Source of the DNA: Gloeobacterales cyanobacterium
GTDB taxonomy: Bacteria; Cyanobacteriota; Cyanobacteriia; Gloeobacterales; PMM-0068
Direction: 5' to 3'
Length of the DNA: 61,041 bases
Assembly: GCA_038245785.1 (NCBI GenBank)
Contig: JBBRSB010000032.1
Span: 1 to 61,041, forward strand
Shown here: piece by piece, positions 1 to 10,127 of the stretch
Position numbering within the stretch: position 1 is the first letter of the stretch
How the letters are laid out: every line of letters starts with the position of its first letter
Translations under genes and position numbers: made by a program
The notes under the pieces: model-generated
Seen by the model: only the letters and a program-made list of their open reading frames with translations
Told to the model about the DNA's origin: nothing
Database searches by the model: none

Positions 1-120
1 ACCCGCCCTTGCTCATACGGGGTCATGGCCCCAAGCGACTGTTCGGGTTCAAGAGCGAGTAAGCGGCAACCTAGGCTCAGCCACGATATCCAGTATCAAG
101 GGGTTATCGGTTTACCGCTC
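1..120 (-). ncRNA. ssrS: 6S RNA (SsaA/SsrS), 5' part; runs off the window edge
   Basis: Minus strand reads GAGCGGTAAACCGATAACCCCTTGATACTGGATATCGTGGCTGAGCCTAGGTTGCCGCTTACTCGCTCTTGAACCCG..., resembling the cyanobacterial 6S 5' arm as I recall it (CCCTTGAT..GGAT.TCG.G.CTGAG..CCGCTT..GAACC). A -10-like TATGTT (132-127) lies 6 nt upstream. Confidence 0.8.
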
Positions 121-156
121 ACTCTCAACATACAAGGGGTTTTGGAATTAGGAGTC

Positions 157-1467
157 TTAACCATCGAAAGTCATCTCCTGCCCTCGCACATCAGGTTGAA
201 TCGCTCCATCTTTCCAAGCAAGCTGACCTGCCACTATCGTGACCAAAGGCCAGCCAGTAAGGGACCAGCCTTCAAAAGGACTCCAGCCACAGCGGGACAA
301 TAGTTCTTCTCGTCGGACAGGTTTAAAGTTTTCCAGGTCTACTAAGACCAAATCGGCATCCCAGCCCACTTCAATCCGGCCTTTATTTGGAATCCTGTAG
401 GCCTGGGCAGGGGCTTCACACATCCAATGGACTACCTGTTGGAGACTGACTTCTCCTCGATGAGCCGCCGTCAGCATTAAGGGCAAAGCCGTTTCCACCC
501 CAGGCATGCCCGCCATCGCTTTGCTGTAGGGTACGTCCTTTTCTGTAAGCAGATGGGGCGCATGGTCTGTGGCAATCAGGTCAATCACGCCCTCTTTTAG
601 TGCCTGCATCATCGCCAGACGGTCTTCTAAACTGCGAATCGGGGGGTTCATCTTGGCTCTAGAGCCAAGAGTTTCATAGATGCTGGTGTCTAAAAAGAGG
701 TGCTGGGGGGTCACTTCGCAGGTGATCCAGGGCTTTTTCTCCTGGCGGAGGAAGTCTACTTCTTCCTTGGTCGAAAGATGAAGAACATGCAGCCTCCGTT
801 GATACTTCTGGGAAAGAGCAACTGCTTGCTGGGTCGCCAACAGAGCACATTGGTTATCCCTCAGTTCTGAATGGATATAAGCTTCTTCTCGTCCCGCAAA
901 CAAAGCCTTGCGTGCGTTAATCCGGGCTTCATCCTCAGCATGAACGGCGATTAATTTATCCACGTCTCGGAAAATGCGGTCTAGGTCTTCAAACTTATCG
1001 ACGAGTAAGTCTCCGGTGCTCGCTCCCATAAAAATTTTGACCCCGCAGGTCCGGGTCGCTTTTTGGAGAACAGGAATATTGTCGGGTGTGGCCCCAATAA
1101 AAAAGCCATAGTGAACTACCGATTTTTGGCTGGCCCGGTGGAGTTTGTCTTCCAGCGCTTCTAAGGTAGTCGTAGTCGGTACCGTGTTGGGCATTTCTAG
1201 GAAAGCTGTTATTCCTCCCTTGGCACAGGCTTGTGAACCGGTCCCCAAATCTTCCTTGTATTCTTTGCCGGGCTCTCGAAAATGAACCTGCGGGTCGATG
1301 GCTCCAGGAAGCAGGACATGGCCCTGGGCATCGATCTGTTCCTCTCCTCCATGGCTGAGTTTCCGGTCAATTTCAGTGATTTTTCCTGCTTGGACACGAA
1401 CAGCTCCTTCGTAAAGGGTGCCGTCAGGAAGAGCAATACGGGCGTTATGAATCAGGAGAGAGGTCAC
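157..1467 (-). CDS. pyrC: Dihydroorotase
   Basis: 436 aa; DPQVHFREPG, EMPNT, HAED, HLST, KMNPP, ATDHAPH amidohydrolase motifs (Q in place of the first His, as in cyanobacterial PyrC). Confidence 0.9.
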   Translation of the reverse strand: MTSLLIHNARIALPDGTLYEGAVRVQAGKITEIDRKLSHGGEEQIDAQGHVLLPGAIDPQVHFREPGKEYKEDLGTGSQACAKGGITAFLEMPNTVPTTTTLEALEDKLHRASQKSVVHYGFFIGATPDNIPVLQKATRTCGVKIFMGASTGDLLVDKFEDLDRIFRDVDKLIAVHAEDEARINARKALFAGREEAYIHSELRDNQCALLATQQAVALSQKYQRRLHVLHLSTKEEVDFLRQEKKPWITCEVTPQHLFLDTSIYETLGSRAKMNPPIRSLEDRLAMMQALKEGVIDLIATDHAPHLLTEKDVPYSKAMAGMPGVETALPLMLTAAHRGEVSLQQVVHWMCEAPAQAYRIPNKGRIEVGWDADLVLVDLENFKPVRREELLSRCGWSPFEGWSLTGWPLVTIVAGQLAWKDGAIQPDVRGQEMTFDG

Positions 1468-1663
1468 AGTGGTTTTGTAAAGCGCTACTCGAATAATCTA
1501 AGCTAGAAAGCACTCACTCTGAAACAAGCGGTGAAAAAGAAAGAGAAAAGTTATTCCTGGAAAGGCAGTCCCAATGCAGGGATTGTCTTGGGCGCTATGG
1601 CGCTTCTTTGGGCGCTGAGTATTGTGATTTCTGGATTTATTTACCATTAGGGCTTCTTCCGCT

Positions 1664-2431
1664 ATGCGCCGTCTGTTGGTAACGATTGCCTTCTTCAGCC
1701 TGTCTGCGCTGCCGACCCTAGCGGCACCCCCCACCGCCAATCAGTATTTTCAGCAAGGCAGTCAGGCTTTAAACAGGAAGCGTCCCGCCGAAGCCGTGTC
1801 GAACTTTCAAAAGGCTGTACAGCTTAATCCTCAACTAGCGGCGGCATGGCGCGGATTGGGCGTGGCCTTGGGGAAGCAGCAACAGTGGCCCCAATCCGCT
1901 AAAGCGCAAAAAAAAGCGACAGAGTTGCAAAGTGAATATGCTCCTGGCTGGGTCTTGCGTGGTTGGGCTGAGCATCGTAGTGGGTACCACAAAACTGGAG
2001 CTACTTCCCTAGAAAATGCGGTTTCACTCGATAAGAATAATCTGGAAGCTCATAATGCTTTAGGCGTAGTCTATCTCTTTCTGGAAGACCCTAAAAAAGC
2101 GGAAGCTAGTACCCGTAGAGCTTTGGACATAGATCCTAAAAATGGGACCGCTTACTACAACTTAGGGCTTAGTTTAGATCGTCAAGAGCGTTATCAAGAA
2201 GCAGTAGCTGCTCAAGAGCAAGCCCAGCGTTTCGAACCTCGAAACCCTCACCCCTTGCTGGCTAGCGCCATTAGCCATGATGCTTTGGGACAAAAAAAAG
2301 AAGCTCAAAAAGCCTATCAAAAAGCTCTTGGATTGGATGCTAGATATTCTCAGATGACCTATATTAGTCGTCTTGTGGAGGCCGATTTTAATCAACCACA
2401 GATTAAAAGAGTTCAATCTTTAGTCAAGTGA
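1664..2431 (+). CDS. Secreted TPR-repeat protein
   Basis: Signal peptide ending in TLA-A, then several TPR units (AWRGLGVAL, AHNALGVVY, AYYNLGLSL). Confidence 0.85.
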   Translation: MRRLLVTIAFFSLSALPTLAAPPTANQYFQQGSQALNRKRPAEAVSNFQKAVQLNPQLAAAWRGLGVALGKQQQWPQSAKAQKKATELQSEYAPGWVLRGWAEHRSGYHKTGATSLENAVSLDKNNLEAHNALGVVYLFLEDPKKAEASTRRALDIDPKNGTAYYNLGLSLDRQERYQEAVAAQEQAQRFEPRNPHPLLASAISHDALGQKKEAQKAYQKALGLDARYSQMTYISRLVEADFNQPQIKRVQSLVK

Positions 2432-2567
2432 GAAGAATCTGAAGAATGTTAAATTTCTACACATAAAAAACTTTAAAAGTTATCAAGAATTCAGAAATTC
2501 AAAAATATCAGTTGCATAATACCTAGAAGGGTGAGAGGCCAGTGCTGGCTTGAGAGGCTAAGGTTTT

Positions 2568-3128
2568 ATGAAGCTCGAACAGGTTATGCCACTACTTGCC
2601 AGAGTGGGTAAGGTGAAACAAGTTCAATCAGACCAATGGCAGGTGGAGGCTAATGGCTCGCGACTCTTAGTCTTGCTCAACGAGCCTCGGGACTGGGTGC
2701 GCATTTTGCTCCCTATTGCTCCTCAGGCAGATGCTTTACCGCTGATGGTTCAGCTCCTCGAAGCTAATTTTGACTGGACTGGAGCCGTACGATTTGCTCT
2801 GCAGGAACAGGCTTTATGGGCCGTGTTTCAGTACCATTTTTCTACGCTGACTGCTGAAGATTTCTCCGATGCTATTGTTCAGCTCAAAGATTGCAAAGAA
2901 GAGTTGTACTATCTATGTTTTGAAGGATTGCTTCAAACCCGAATGGAACAGATTGTCCAAGTGCTCAAGACGCAGAACAAAACTTTAGATGATGCGATAC
3001 AGGCACTCAATCGATTCTATGAAGAAGGGGTGATGGGGTCCTTAGAAGCTTCTGGAGAACAGAGAGCTTTGGTCCTAGAGCAGTGGCGCAAGAAACTTGC
3101 TAGGCTCTGGGAGGATATGCCTGCTTAG
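2568..3128 (+). CDS. Conserved cyanobacterial hypothetical protein (YbjN/CesT-like N-terminal domain)
   Basis: 186 aa; LLEANFD..G.VRFAL and RFYEEGVMG motifs. Confidence 0.7.
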   Translation: MKLEQVMPLLARVGKVKQVQSDQWQVEANGSRLLVLLNEPRDWVRILLPIAPQADALPLMVQLLEANFDWTGAVRFALQEQALWAVFQYHFSTLTAEDFSDAIVQLKDCKEELYYLCFEGLLQTRMEQIVQVLKTQNKTLDDAIQALNRFYEEGVMGSLEASGEQRALVLEQWRKKLARLWEDMPA

Positions 3129-3161
3129 GGTCTTTGTGGGCGGTCGTGGTAGCGTACTTGC

Positions 3162-4502
3162 ATGGTATCCCCTTCGCCTCTCTCCGAAACTCCTCCCCAG
3201 ACTCCGGATTTTGAGCAATTAGCCCAGGGCTCTCGTCAAAAGCGGATGGCGATTGTACTCGTAGGCTTAATGGCCTTTATTGTCCTGCTGCATCTGTTAG
3301 AACAAGGCTTTTGGATTGCGCTGGCAATAGGGTTTTGCCTGTTGGCCTATATTTTGAAACTGGTCTTTAGCCCCATTCCCAAACTCAACCTTGATTCTTC
3401 TAATAGTTTGTCTGACAGGTGTCCCAAGGTTTCTATTCTGGTCCCTGCTAAAAATGAAGAGCAAGTGATTGGGCGCTTGGTAGAAAACCTCTGTACTTTG
3501 GATTATCCCAGTTATGAAGTTTGGGTGATTGATGACCGGGGTACAGACCGGACGCTGGAAATTTTGCAAGAATATCAAAAGCAATATCCACAGCTCCACG
3601 TTCATGTGCGGGAACTGGGCAGCAAGCCAGGGAAATCAGCAGCACTGAATGAAATCCTTCCGCAGACGCAGGGAGAACTGATTGCTGTTTTTGATGCTGA
3701 TGCCCAGATAGACCCGTCCTTTCTTCGGCAAACGGTTCCTGTTTTCAAGCAACGCCACGTGGGGGCGCTTCAGGTCCGCAAGGCGATCAGCAACGCTGCT
3801 CAAAATTTTTGGACTCAGGGACAGGCCGTGGAAATGATGCTGGATACCTATTTTCAGGCAGCGCGTTTAGCGGCGGGCGGGGCAGCTGAACTGCGAGGCA
3901 ATGGTCAAATTGTCCGGCGAACATCCCTGAAAGCGATTGGTAACTGGAATGAAGAAACAATTACCGATGACTTGGACCAAACCCTAAGACTGCATATGGC
4001 TGGTTGGGATATTGCTTTCCTTGGCACCCCTGCAGTTTATGAAGAGGGAGTTACTTCCTGGAAAGGACTGTGGAAGCAGCGGAGTCGTTGGGCAGAGGGT
4101 GGTGCCCAGCGCTATCTGGATTACTATCGTCCCCTGTTGGGCAATGTCATGGGTTGGTCTAAAACCTGGGATCAAATCTCTTATTTCGTCATCGTCCAAT
4201 ACCTTTTACCCTTGGCCGCTATTCCAGATCTATTGCTGGGGATCGCTCTTGGGCATGGGCCCCGTTTGACAGCGCTGGTGATCCCCGGCCTGCTGATCCC
4301 AATGCTTGGAATGACCTTAGGCCAGATCCGCTATGACAAAATTCCGCTGGCGAAAACTCTACTTCGCTCTCTGACGGGCGGAATCTATTTCATACACTGG
4401 CTTCCTGTCATGGTCGTGACACTGCTCAAAATGGTTCTAAAACCCAAAAAATTAGTCTGGGTAAAAACGGCTCATATAGGAACGTCTATAGAAACATCTT
4501 GA
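3162..4502 (+). CDS. mgdA: GT2 glycosyltransferase, monoglucosyldiacylglycerol synthase
   Basis: N- and C-terminal TM segments; PAKNEE, DD, FDADA, TDDLD, QRSRW motifs; ends KLVWVKTAH. Confidence 0.8.
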   Translation: MVSPSPLSETPPQTPDFEQLAQGSRQKRMAIVLVGLMAFIVLLHLLEQGFWIALAIGFCLLAYILKLVFSPIPKLNLDSSNSLSDRCPKVSILVPAKNEEQVIGRLVENLCTLDYPSYEVWVIDDRGTDRTLEILQEYQKQYPQLHVHVRELGSKPGKSAALNEILPQTQGELIAVFDADAQIDPSFLRQTVPVFKQRHVGALQVRKAISNAAQNFWTQGQAVEMMLDTYFQAARLAAGGAAELRGNGQIVRRTSLKAIGNWNEETITDDLDQTLRLHMAGWDIAFLGTPAVYEEGVTSWKGLWKQRSRWAEGGAQRYLDYYRPLLGNVMGWSKTWDQISYFVIVQYLLPLAAIPDLLLGIALGHGPRLTALVIPGLLIPMLGMTLGQIRYDKIPLAKTLLRSLTGGIYFIHWLPVMVVTLLKMVLKPKKLVWVKTAHIGTSIETS

Positions 4503-4575
4503 ATTTCACAACTACAAATCTCTTCCGTAAGGTACCAACAGGCACTAGTCTATCTGAGAAGCATTTTTTGGAGCT

Positions 4576-5901
4576 ATGCAAAAAGCAGCGGTTGTGGGGT
4601 TAGGAAAATCTGGGTTTTCCGTAGCCAAGGTGTTGTTGGCAAAAGGATGGTCAATCAGTTTGTGGGATGGCAAAGATTCTCCCAGCCTCCGGTCTGCTGT
4701 TGAAGCATTGGACGCTTCTGTAACCGTTCACTTGGGGCAAGAGTTCAGTCCTACGGAATCCTTAGACCTTGTAGTGGTTAGCCCAGGGGTGCCTTGGGAT
4801 CATCCCGGTTTGACCAAGGCCCGTGCACAAGGCCTTGAGGTCTATGGAGAGGTTGAATTTGCTTGGCGAATCCTGCCCCGCTGCCCTTGGGTCTGTGTAA
4901 CGGGGACGAATGGTAAGACCACCACAACCAGTTTGCTGGCAGCCATCTTCAAAGAAGCCGGACTGCAAGCGCCAGCGGTGGGCAATATTGGTAAGCCAGC
5001 TACAGAAATTTTTTGGGAAGACCAGCCAGACTTAATCGTGGCCGAACTCAGCAGTTTCCAAATTGAAGCAGCTCCTACGATCGAGCCGGACTTAGCGATC
5101 TGGACAACGTTTACTCCGGACCATTTAAACCGCCACGGGACCCTAGAGCACTACAGCCAAATCAAAGAAGGGCTCTCAGATAGAGCTAAACAGGTTGTGC
5201 TCAATGGCGATGATCCCTATGTTCATAATCTGCAATCACGCTGGCCCAAGGCACTTCTGACCAGTATGAATGACCCTGAGGCCGTAGTCGGAATCCGGGA
5301 TCGGTGGATACAGGTCCAAGGAAAGCCAATCCTACCAACGGCAGAAATTCAACTACCGGGTCAGCACAATCTGCAAAATGTTCTCATGGCGGTGGCGGCG
5401 GCTCATCTGATGGGGATTAATCCCACGGTTATTCGGACGGCGATCCAGAACTTTGCAGGAGTGCCCCATCGCTTGGAGACGGTAGCTCAAGTCCAAGGCG
5501 TTACGTTTATCAATGACAGCAAGGCAACGAACTATGATGCCGCGCTTGTGGCTCTGGAGGCGATGGAGAAACCGACCATTCTCCTGGCTGGTGGGCAATC
5601 CAAGGCGGGAGATCCCGCTGCTTGGCTTTCCAAAATTCAAGATAAAACGCTGGGGGTAGTGTTATTTGGTGAAGCTGCCCCGTTATTTAGCGATTTTTTG
5701 CATGGGATTGGATATACTAACGTGCAATCCTGCGAAGACTTGACGGCGGCAGTGCCTCTCGCCCTAGCCAGCGCCCAAAAGTTTTCCTGCTCTGTTGTTC
5801 TACTTTCTCCTGCCTGTGCAAGCTACGACCAATACCAAAACTTCGAAGAACGGGGAGAACATTTCCGTTGCCTCTGCCAAGACTTGGGCAGGGGAAGCTA
5901 G
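4576..5901 (+). CDS. murD: UDP-N-acetylmuramoyl-L-alanine--D-glutamate ligase
   Basis: GLGKSG, TGTNGKTTT, ELSSFQ, DHLNRH, NDSKATN, SPACASYDQ. Confidence 0.97.
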   Translation: MQKAAVVGLGKSGFSVAKVLLAKGWSISLWDGKDSPSLRSAVEALDASVTVHLGQEFSPTESLDLVVVSPGVPWDHPGLTKARAQGLEVYGEVEFAWRILPRCPWVCVTGTNGKTTTTSLLAAIFKEAGLQAPAVGNIGKPATEIFWEDQPDLIVAELSSFQIEAAPTIEPDLAIWTTFTPDHLNRHGTLEHYSQIKEGLSDRAKQVVLNGDDPYVHNLQSRWPKALLTSMNDPEAVVGIRDRWIQVQGKPILPTAEIQLPGQHNLQNVLMAVAAAHLMGINPTVIRTAIQNFAGVPHRLETVAQVQGVTFINDSKATNYDAALVALEAMEKPTILLAGGQSKAGDPAAWLSKIQDKTLGVVLFGEAAPLFSDFLHGIGYTNVQSCEDLTAAVPLALASAQKFSCSVVLLSPACASYDQYQNFEERGEHFRCLCQDLGRGS

Positions 5902-7180
5902 GTTCATTGTTCTCTTGGTCTATATCTGGCTTGCCTTCGGCTTAGTCCTGCTTTTTACTTCTTCCGTTCCCTTGGGCACGATGGATTTCGGAAGTCCGCT
6001 TTATTTTGTTTTTCGCCAGCTTCTTTGGGGTGTGCTTGGTCTTGGGGTTTTCTTTGTTACCTGTAGAGTGCCCCTATCTTTTTGGTTTCGCTGGAGCAAT
6101 CTGTTTTTCTTCTCTGTTTTAGCCCTGGTGGTTGCCACTCGCTTTATTGGAGCAGAGCTAAACGGCGCTTCTCGCTGGTTGATTCTGGGACCGATCTCGA
6201 TTCAGCCTTCAGAATTTGCGAAACCGGCCTTAGTAATTCATACGGCCATGCTCTTGGAGCGCTGGCCCAAGATGGATTTCTCTAACCGTGCCCTTTGGAT
6301 GGCGATCACACTCGCTTTGATTGGTGCTGTATTAGTTCAACCCAACTTGAGCATGGCGGTTCTACTCTCCGTGGTTCTCTGGCTGATGGCCTTTATCGGT
6401 GGACTGCCCTTGAGCCTTTTGCTCACAGGGCTGGGGGCGGGAGCTGCTTTGGCGGTCTATAAAATCAGCACTACGACCTACCAACTAAGTCGCGTTGAGG
6501 CTTTCTCAAACCCGTTTGCCCAAGCTCAAACGGGCGGATATCAATTGGTTCAAAGTCTCTTGGCCGTTGGTTCTGGTGGTTGGTGGGGAACGGGATTTGG
6601 CCTTTCTCAACAAAAAGCAAATTTTCTACCCTATCCCTATTCAGACTTTATTTTTGCCGTATTCGCTGAAGAATTCGGCCTGATTGGCTGTCTGGCTTTT
6701 TTGTGCTTCCTTTTGTTGTTTCTCTGGTCGGGTCTCCGCTTTGTCCTTCAACTCTCTGCGCCCAAACGAGTTCGTTTGGTGGCCGCAGGCGCGACGTTGA
6801 TGATGGTAACGCAGTCTGCTATCCATATTGCCGTAGTCATCGGAGCTATTCCTCCTACAGGGATGCCCTTACCCCTTGTGAGCTATGGCGGCAGTGGTTT
6901 AGTGGCAACTCTGCTGACTGCTGGTTTACTGGTCCGTGCCGCCAGAGAAGTATGTGCGGCTCCGATCTTAGAGGCCGCAGAGCGGTTCAAAAAACAGCAG
7001 ACAGAGACCGGAACTAGAAATAAACAGAGAGAATCGACGGGGCAAATAGATGCTGCCTATGCTTCTGCCGCCCCAGGTTCTATTCCTGTCTATACGCCCT
7101 CTCGGGCTATCCGTGAGCGCAGGCGGGCCCGTCGGAAGTCGCAAGAGGCTTCAGTCCGGCGCGACCGAAAGCCTTCCTAA
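5795..7180 (+). CDS. ftsW: Cell division protein FtsW (SEDS family); start codon uncertain
   Basis: Multi-TM; GASRW, IQPSEFAK, QPNL, GYQLVQSL, SDFIFAVFAEEFG, PLVSYGGS; follows murD. Confidence 0.9.
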   Translation: MFYFLLPVQATTNTKTSKNGENISVASAKTWAGEARFIVLLVYIWLAFGLVLLFTSSVPLGTMDFGSPLYFVFRQLLWGVLGLGVFFVTCRVPLSFWFRWSNLFFFSVLALVVATRFIGAELNGASRWLILGPISIQPSEFAKPALVIHTAMLLERWPKMDFSNRALWMAITLALIGAVLVQPNLSMAVLLSVVLWLMAFIGGLPLSLLLTGLGAGAALAVYKISTTTYQLSRVEAFSNPFAQAQTGGYQLVQSLLAVGSGGWWGTGFGLSQQKANFLPYPYSDFIFAVFAEEFGLIGCLAFLCFLLLFLWSGLRFVLQLSAPKRVRLVAAGATLMMVTQSAIHIAVVIGAIPPTGMPLPLVSYGGSGLVATLLTAGLLVRAAREVCAAPILEAAERFKKQQTETGTRNKQRESTGQIDAAYASAAPGSIPVYTPSRAIRERRRARRKSQEASVRRDRKPS

Positions 7181-7735
7181 ATAGAGCTGATGGGCTGTGA
7201 TATATTCCTGGACTGCTTCAGGAATGTTTGTCTCTTTGATTTCCTGCCCAAGTGCTTTGAACCTTAGTTCTTGGCGAATCTGAGAAGAGGAAACGTCGGG
7301 GAGGATGCAAGAAGCTAGAAGCCAGCGAAAATCTCCTTGGGGCGGTACGAGCGGAGTATGGGGCCGTGGAAAAACCAGTAGTTCTACTTTCTGAGCCAGG
7401 ACCGCTGCCTGGTGCCATTGATGCACTTGTGAGAGCAGGTCAGAGCCAATCACGAGCGATAGCGGGACTCCAGGATATTCCTGCTCCACGAGTTCCACGG
7501 ATTCGAGGGTGTAGGGACGGCTCAAATCAGGACGGTACTGGAGGGTATTGGAGATGGGCAAAATGCTCTGAAGCATCGCCTCTCGATGCTCTAAGCTCGT
7601 CTGTCTGGGCTTCAGGGGATTGTCTACTGCCCAGACAAAGGTCCGCTCCACATGGTCTGCCAACCAGCGCAGAATAGCCTCATGACCAATATGGGGCGGG
7701 TCTGCGGATAAACCGTAAAGCGCAATGTTTTGCAA
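7151..7735 (-). CDS. nadD: Nicotinate-nucleotide adenylyltransferase
   Basis: SADPPHIGH, IGSD, VSSSQIR, and C-terminal VQEYI..HQLY. Confidence 0.92.
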   Translation of the reverse strand: MQNIALYGLSADPPHIGHEAILRWLADHVERTFVWAVDNPLKPRQTSLEHREAMLQSILPISNTLQYRPDLSRPYTLESVELVEQEYPGVPLSLVIGSDLLSQVHQWHQAAVLAQKVELLVFPRPHTPLVPPQGDFRWLLASCILPDVSSSQIRQELRFKALGQEIKETNIPEAVQEYITAHQLYLGRLSVAPD

Positions 7736-7941
7736 CTACATTAAAGCTTTAGCCCCTCCATCAAATTCCAGGGTCATTATCACTTGATGTCCTGATTTTC
7801 TCTCTATCTCCCTAAAAAGAGAAATGATAGGGTAGCAAGATGCCTCAACGGTGGGCTCTCCTTGGTTGATTTTCGGCTGATGCTCAATAGGCTCAGCGGC
7901 CAAGACTCTTCTGTCAGCCTATGTACATACTGTAAACTGAG

Positions 7942-8847
7942 ATGAAAATTGGTCTTATGTTTAAATTTCTTGAGATGACTATAATTTTAGAAGACTCCGT
8001 TGCTCAGTTTCTAGAAAGCGGTGTGCGATTCTTTCTTATCCTATTAGTTAGTGTTTTCTTAGTCTGGTTTTCCGACTTTAGTATCAGGAAAATTAAGGAT
8101 TTCATCATCGAGCGAGCTCAAAGAGCCCAAGAAACTACAAAATCAAATTTCTTTCGTATAAGCCTTAGCAATATTGGTCTAAAGAACAGAGCAGATACCC
8201 TGGAATCCATCTTAAAAAGCCTCTCTAGAACCACTGTTTTTGTTTTGGCGTTAATCTCGATATTGAGCATCTTGAAAGTAGATGTTGCTCCTTTGGCTGC
8301 TGGTGCTGGGATCGTAGGTATTATTATTACGCTAGGTACTCAAAGTCTCGTGAAAGATCTACTTACGGGATCTTTCATTTTGATTGAAAATCAATTTGAT
8401 GTTGGTGATGTGATTACTATCAATAACGTTTCTGGAACTGTAGAAGAGATGAGTCTGCGGACTACCATCTTGCGTTCTGTAGATGGCAATATCCACATTA
8501 TTCCCAATGGCCAAATCAACATAGTCACGGTCCTAACAGAAGACTGGTCTCGTGCCGTTCTAGATATTCCTGTAGCTCAAAGTAGTGATATAGAACGGGT
8601 GACTCATCTATTGCAAAATATTAATCAGAGGATGAGGGAAGAAGAGCATTGGAAGAGTCTAATCCTGGAAGACCTAAAGGTTCTAGGCGTTGAGAGCTTT
8701 GCGGAAAATGCGGTGACGATTAGGAGCCTGTACAAAACCATTCCTGGCAAGCAATGGGAAGTAGCACGAGAGTTTCGGCGTCGGGTTCAAGAAACTTTTA
8801 TTCAAGAAGGGATCACGATTCCCCCTGTCAATAGACCCGGAGTCTAG
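7942..8847 (+). CDS. Small-conductance mechanosensitive channel (MscS family)
   Basis: LAAGAGIVG, KDLLTG.FILIENQFDVGD, GTVEEMSLRTT, IIPNG. Confidence 0.9.
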   Translation: MKIGLMFKFLEMTIILEDSVAQFLESGVRFFLILLVSVFLVWFSDFSIRKIKDFIIERAQRAQETTKSNFFRISLSNIGLKNRADTLESILKSLSRTTVFVLALISILSILKVDVAPLAAGAGIVGIIITLGTQSLVKDLLTGSFILIENQFDVGDVITINNVSGTVEEMSLRTTILRSVDGNIHIIPNGQINIVTVLTEDWSRAVLDIPVAQSSDIERVTHLLQNINQRMREEEHWKSLILEDLKVLGVESFAENAVTIRSLYKTIPGKQWEVAREFRRRVQETFIQEGITIPPVNRPGV

Positions 8848-8942
8848 TTCTTTTTTCTCTATTATCTAGAAATTCCCTATCACCAGAACCCGAGCTTTGT
8901 TAAAATCTATCAGCCTTGCACTTGCCCCAAAATCTAACTGGC

Positions 8943-10127
8943 ATGGAATCTCTGACCCCAGCCCAACGTCTACAAAAGCTCCCTCCCTACGTCTTCGCCC
9001 GCTTGGATGAACTCAAAGCGCAGGCGCGGGAGCAGGGCATTGACCTGATTGATTTGGGGATGGGCAATCCAGATGGTCCTGTCCCGCAAGCCGTCGTCGA
9101 TGCGGGGGTAGAGGCGATGAAAGATCCTGCCAATCACCGTTATCCTCCTTTTGAAGGCACGCCTAGTTTCCGTAAAACTATCGCCGAATGGTATCAGCGG
9201 CGCTATCAAGTAGAACTAGACCCCGAGAAAGAGGCCTTGCCGCTATTGGGCTCTAAAGAGGGCCTAACCCATTTGGCTTTGGCCTATATTGATCCTGGGG
9301 ATGTTGTCCTCGTGCCCAGTCCAGCCTACCCTGCTCATTTTCGGGGTCCGCTGATTGCTGGAGGAGAGATTTATCCTTTGCCGATGACAGAAGCGAATAG
9401 CTGGCTTTTTGATCTGGATGCAGTTCCTGAAGAGATTGCTGAAAAGGCCAAGGTTCTCTATTTCAACTATCCGAATAACCCGACTGCGGCTACGGCCCCC
9501 CGCGAGTTCTTTGAGAAGGTAGTAGATTTTGGTCTACGTCATCACATTCTCTTAGTTCATGACCTCTGTTATGCAGAATTGGCTTTTGACGGTTATAGGC
9601 CCGTTAGCATGCTGCAAATTCCGGGAGCAAGGGAGATTGGCGTTGAGTTTCACACGTTGAGTAAGACCTACAGTATGGCGGGCTGGCGGGTCGGCTTTGT
9701 CGTCGGTAACCGCGAGATTATTCAAAATCTGCGCACCCTTAAGACTAACCTGGACTATGGTCTGTTCGCCGCTATTCAGAAAGCAGCAGAAACGGCGCTT
9801 CAACTGCCAGACACGGAGATTGTAGCTGTCCAGGACCGCTACCGCAGCCGTCGAGATTTCATGCTCAAAGGCTTTGGGGAACTCGGATGGCCTGTGGACC
9901 GTTTTGTCACCCGGGCAACGATGTATCTCTGGTTGCCCGTACCCGCCGGAGAAACCTCAACCGATTTTGCCCTCAGGCTTTTGGAAAAAACGGGAGTGGT
10001 CGTCACGCCAGGGAGCGCCTTTGGTGAAGGTGGAGAAGGATATATGCGGGTCAGTCTGATTTGTAATGAAGACCGGATGACCGAGGCACTCAATCGAATG
10101 AAGGAATCAGGTATCCGCTTTGATTAA
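8943..10127 (+). CDS. Class I/II PLP aminotransferase (LL-diaminopimelate/aspartate aminotransferase-like)
   Basis: DLGMGNPD, GSKEG, NYPNNPT, DLCY, SKTYSMAGWRVG; ATG at 8943 preferred to the upstream TTG. Confidence 0.9.
   Translation: MESLTPAQRLQKLPPYVFARLDELKAQAREQGIDLIDLGMGNPDGPVPQAVVDAGVEAMKDPANHRYPPFEGTPSFRKTIAEWYQRRYQVELDPEKEALPLLGSKEGLTHLALAYIDPGDVVLVPSPAYPAHFRGPLIAGGEIYPLPMTEANSWLFDLDAVPEEIAEKAKVLYFNYPNNPTAATAPREFFEKVVDFGLRHHILLVHDLCYAELAFDGYRPVSMLQIPGAREIGVEFHTLSKTYSMAGWRVGFVVGNREIIQNLRTLKTNLDYGLFAAIQKAAETALQLPDTEIVAVQDRYRSRRDFMLKGFGELGWPVDRFVTRATMYLWLPVPAGETSTDFALRLLEKTGVVVTPGSAFGEGGEGYMRVSLICNEDRMTEALNRMKESGIRFD

Noticed and set aside
25..303. 92-aa plus-strand ORF
   Set aside because: Antisense to the 6S RNA and the pyrC 3' end; no protein-like features.
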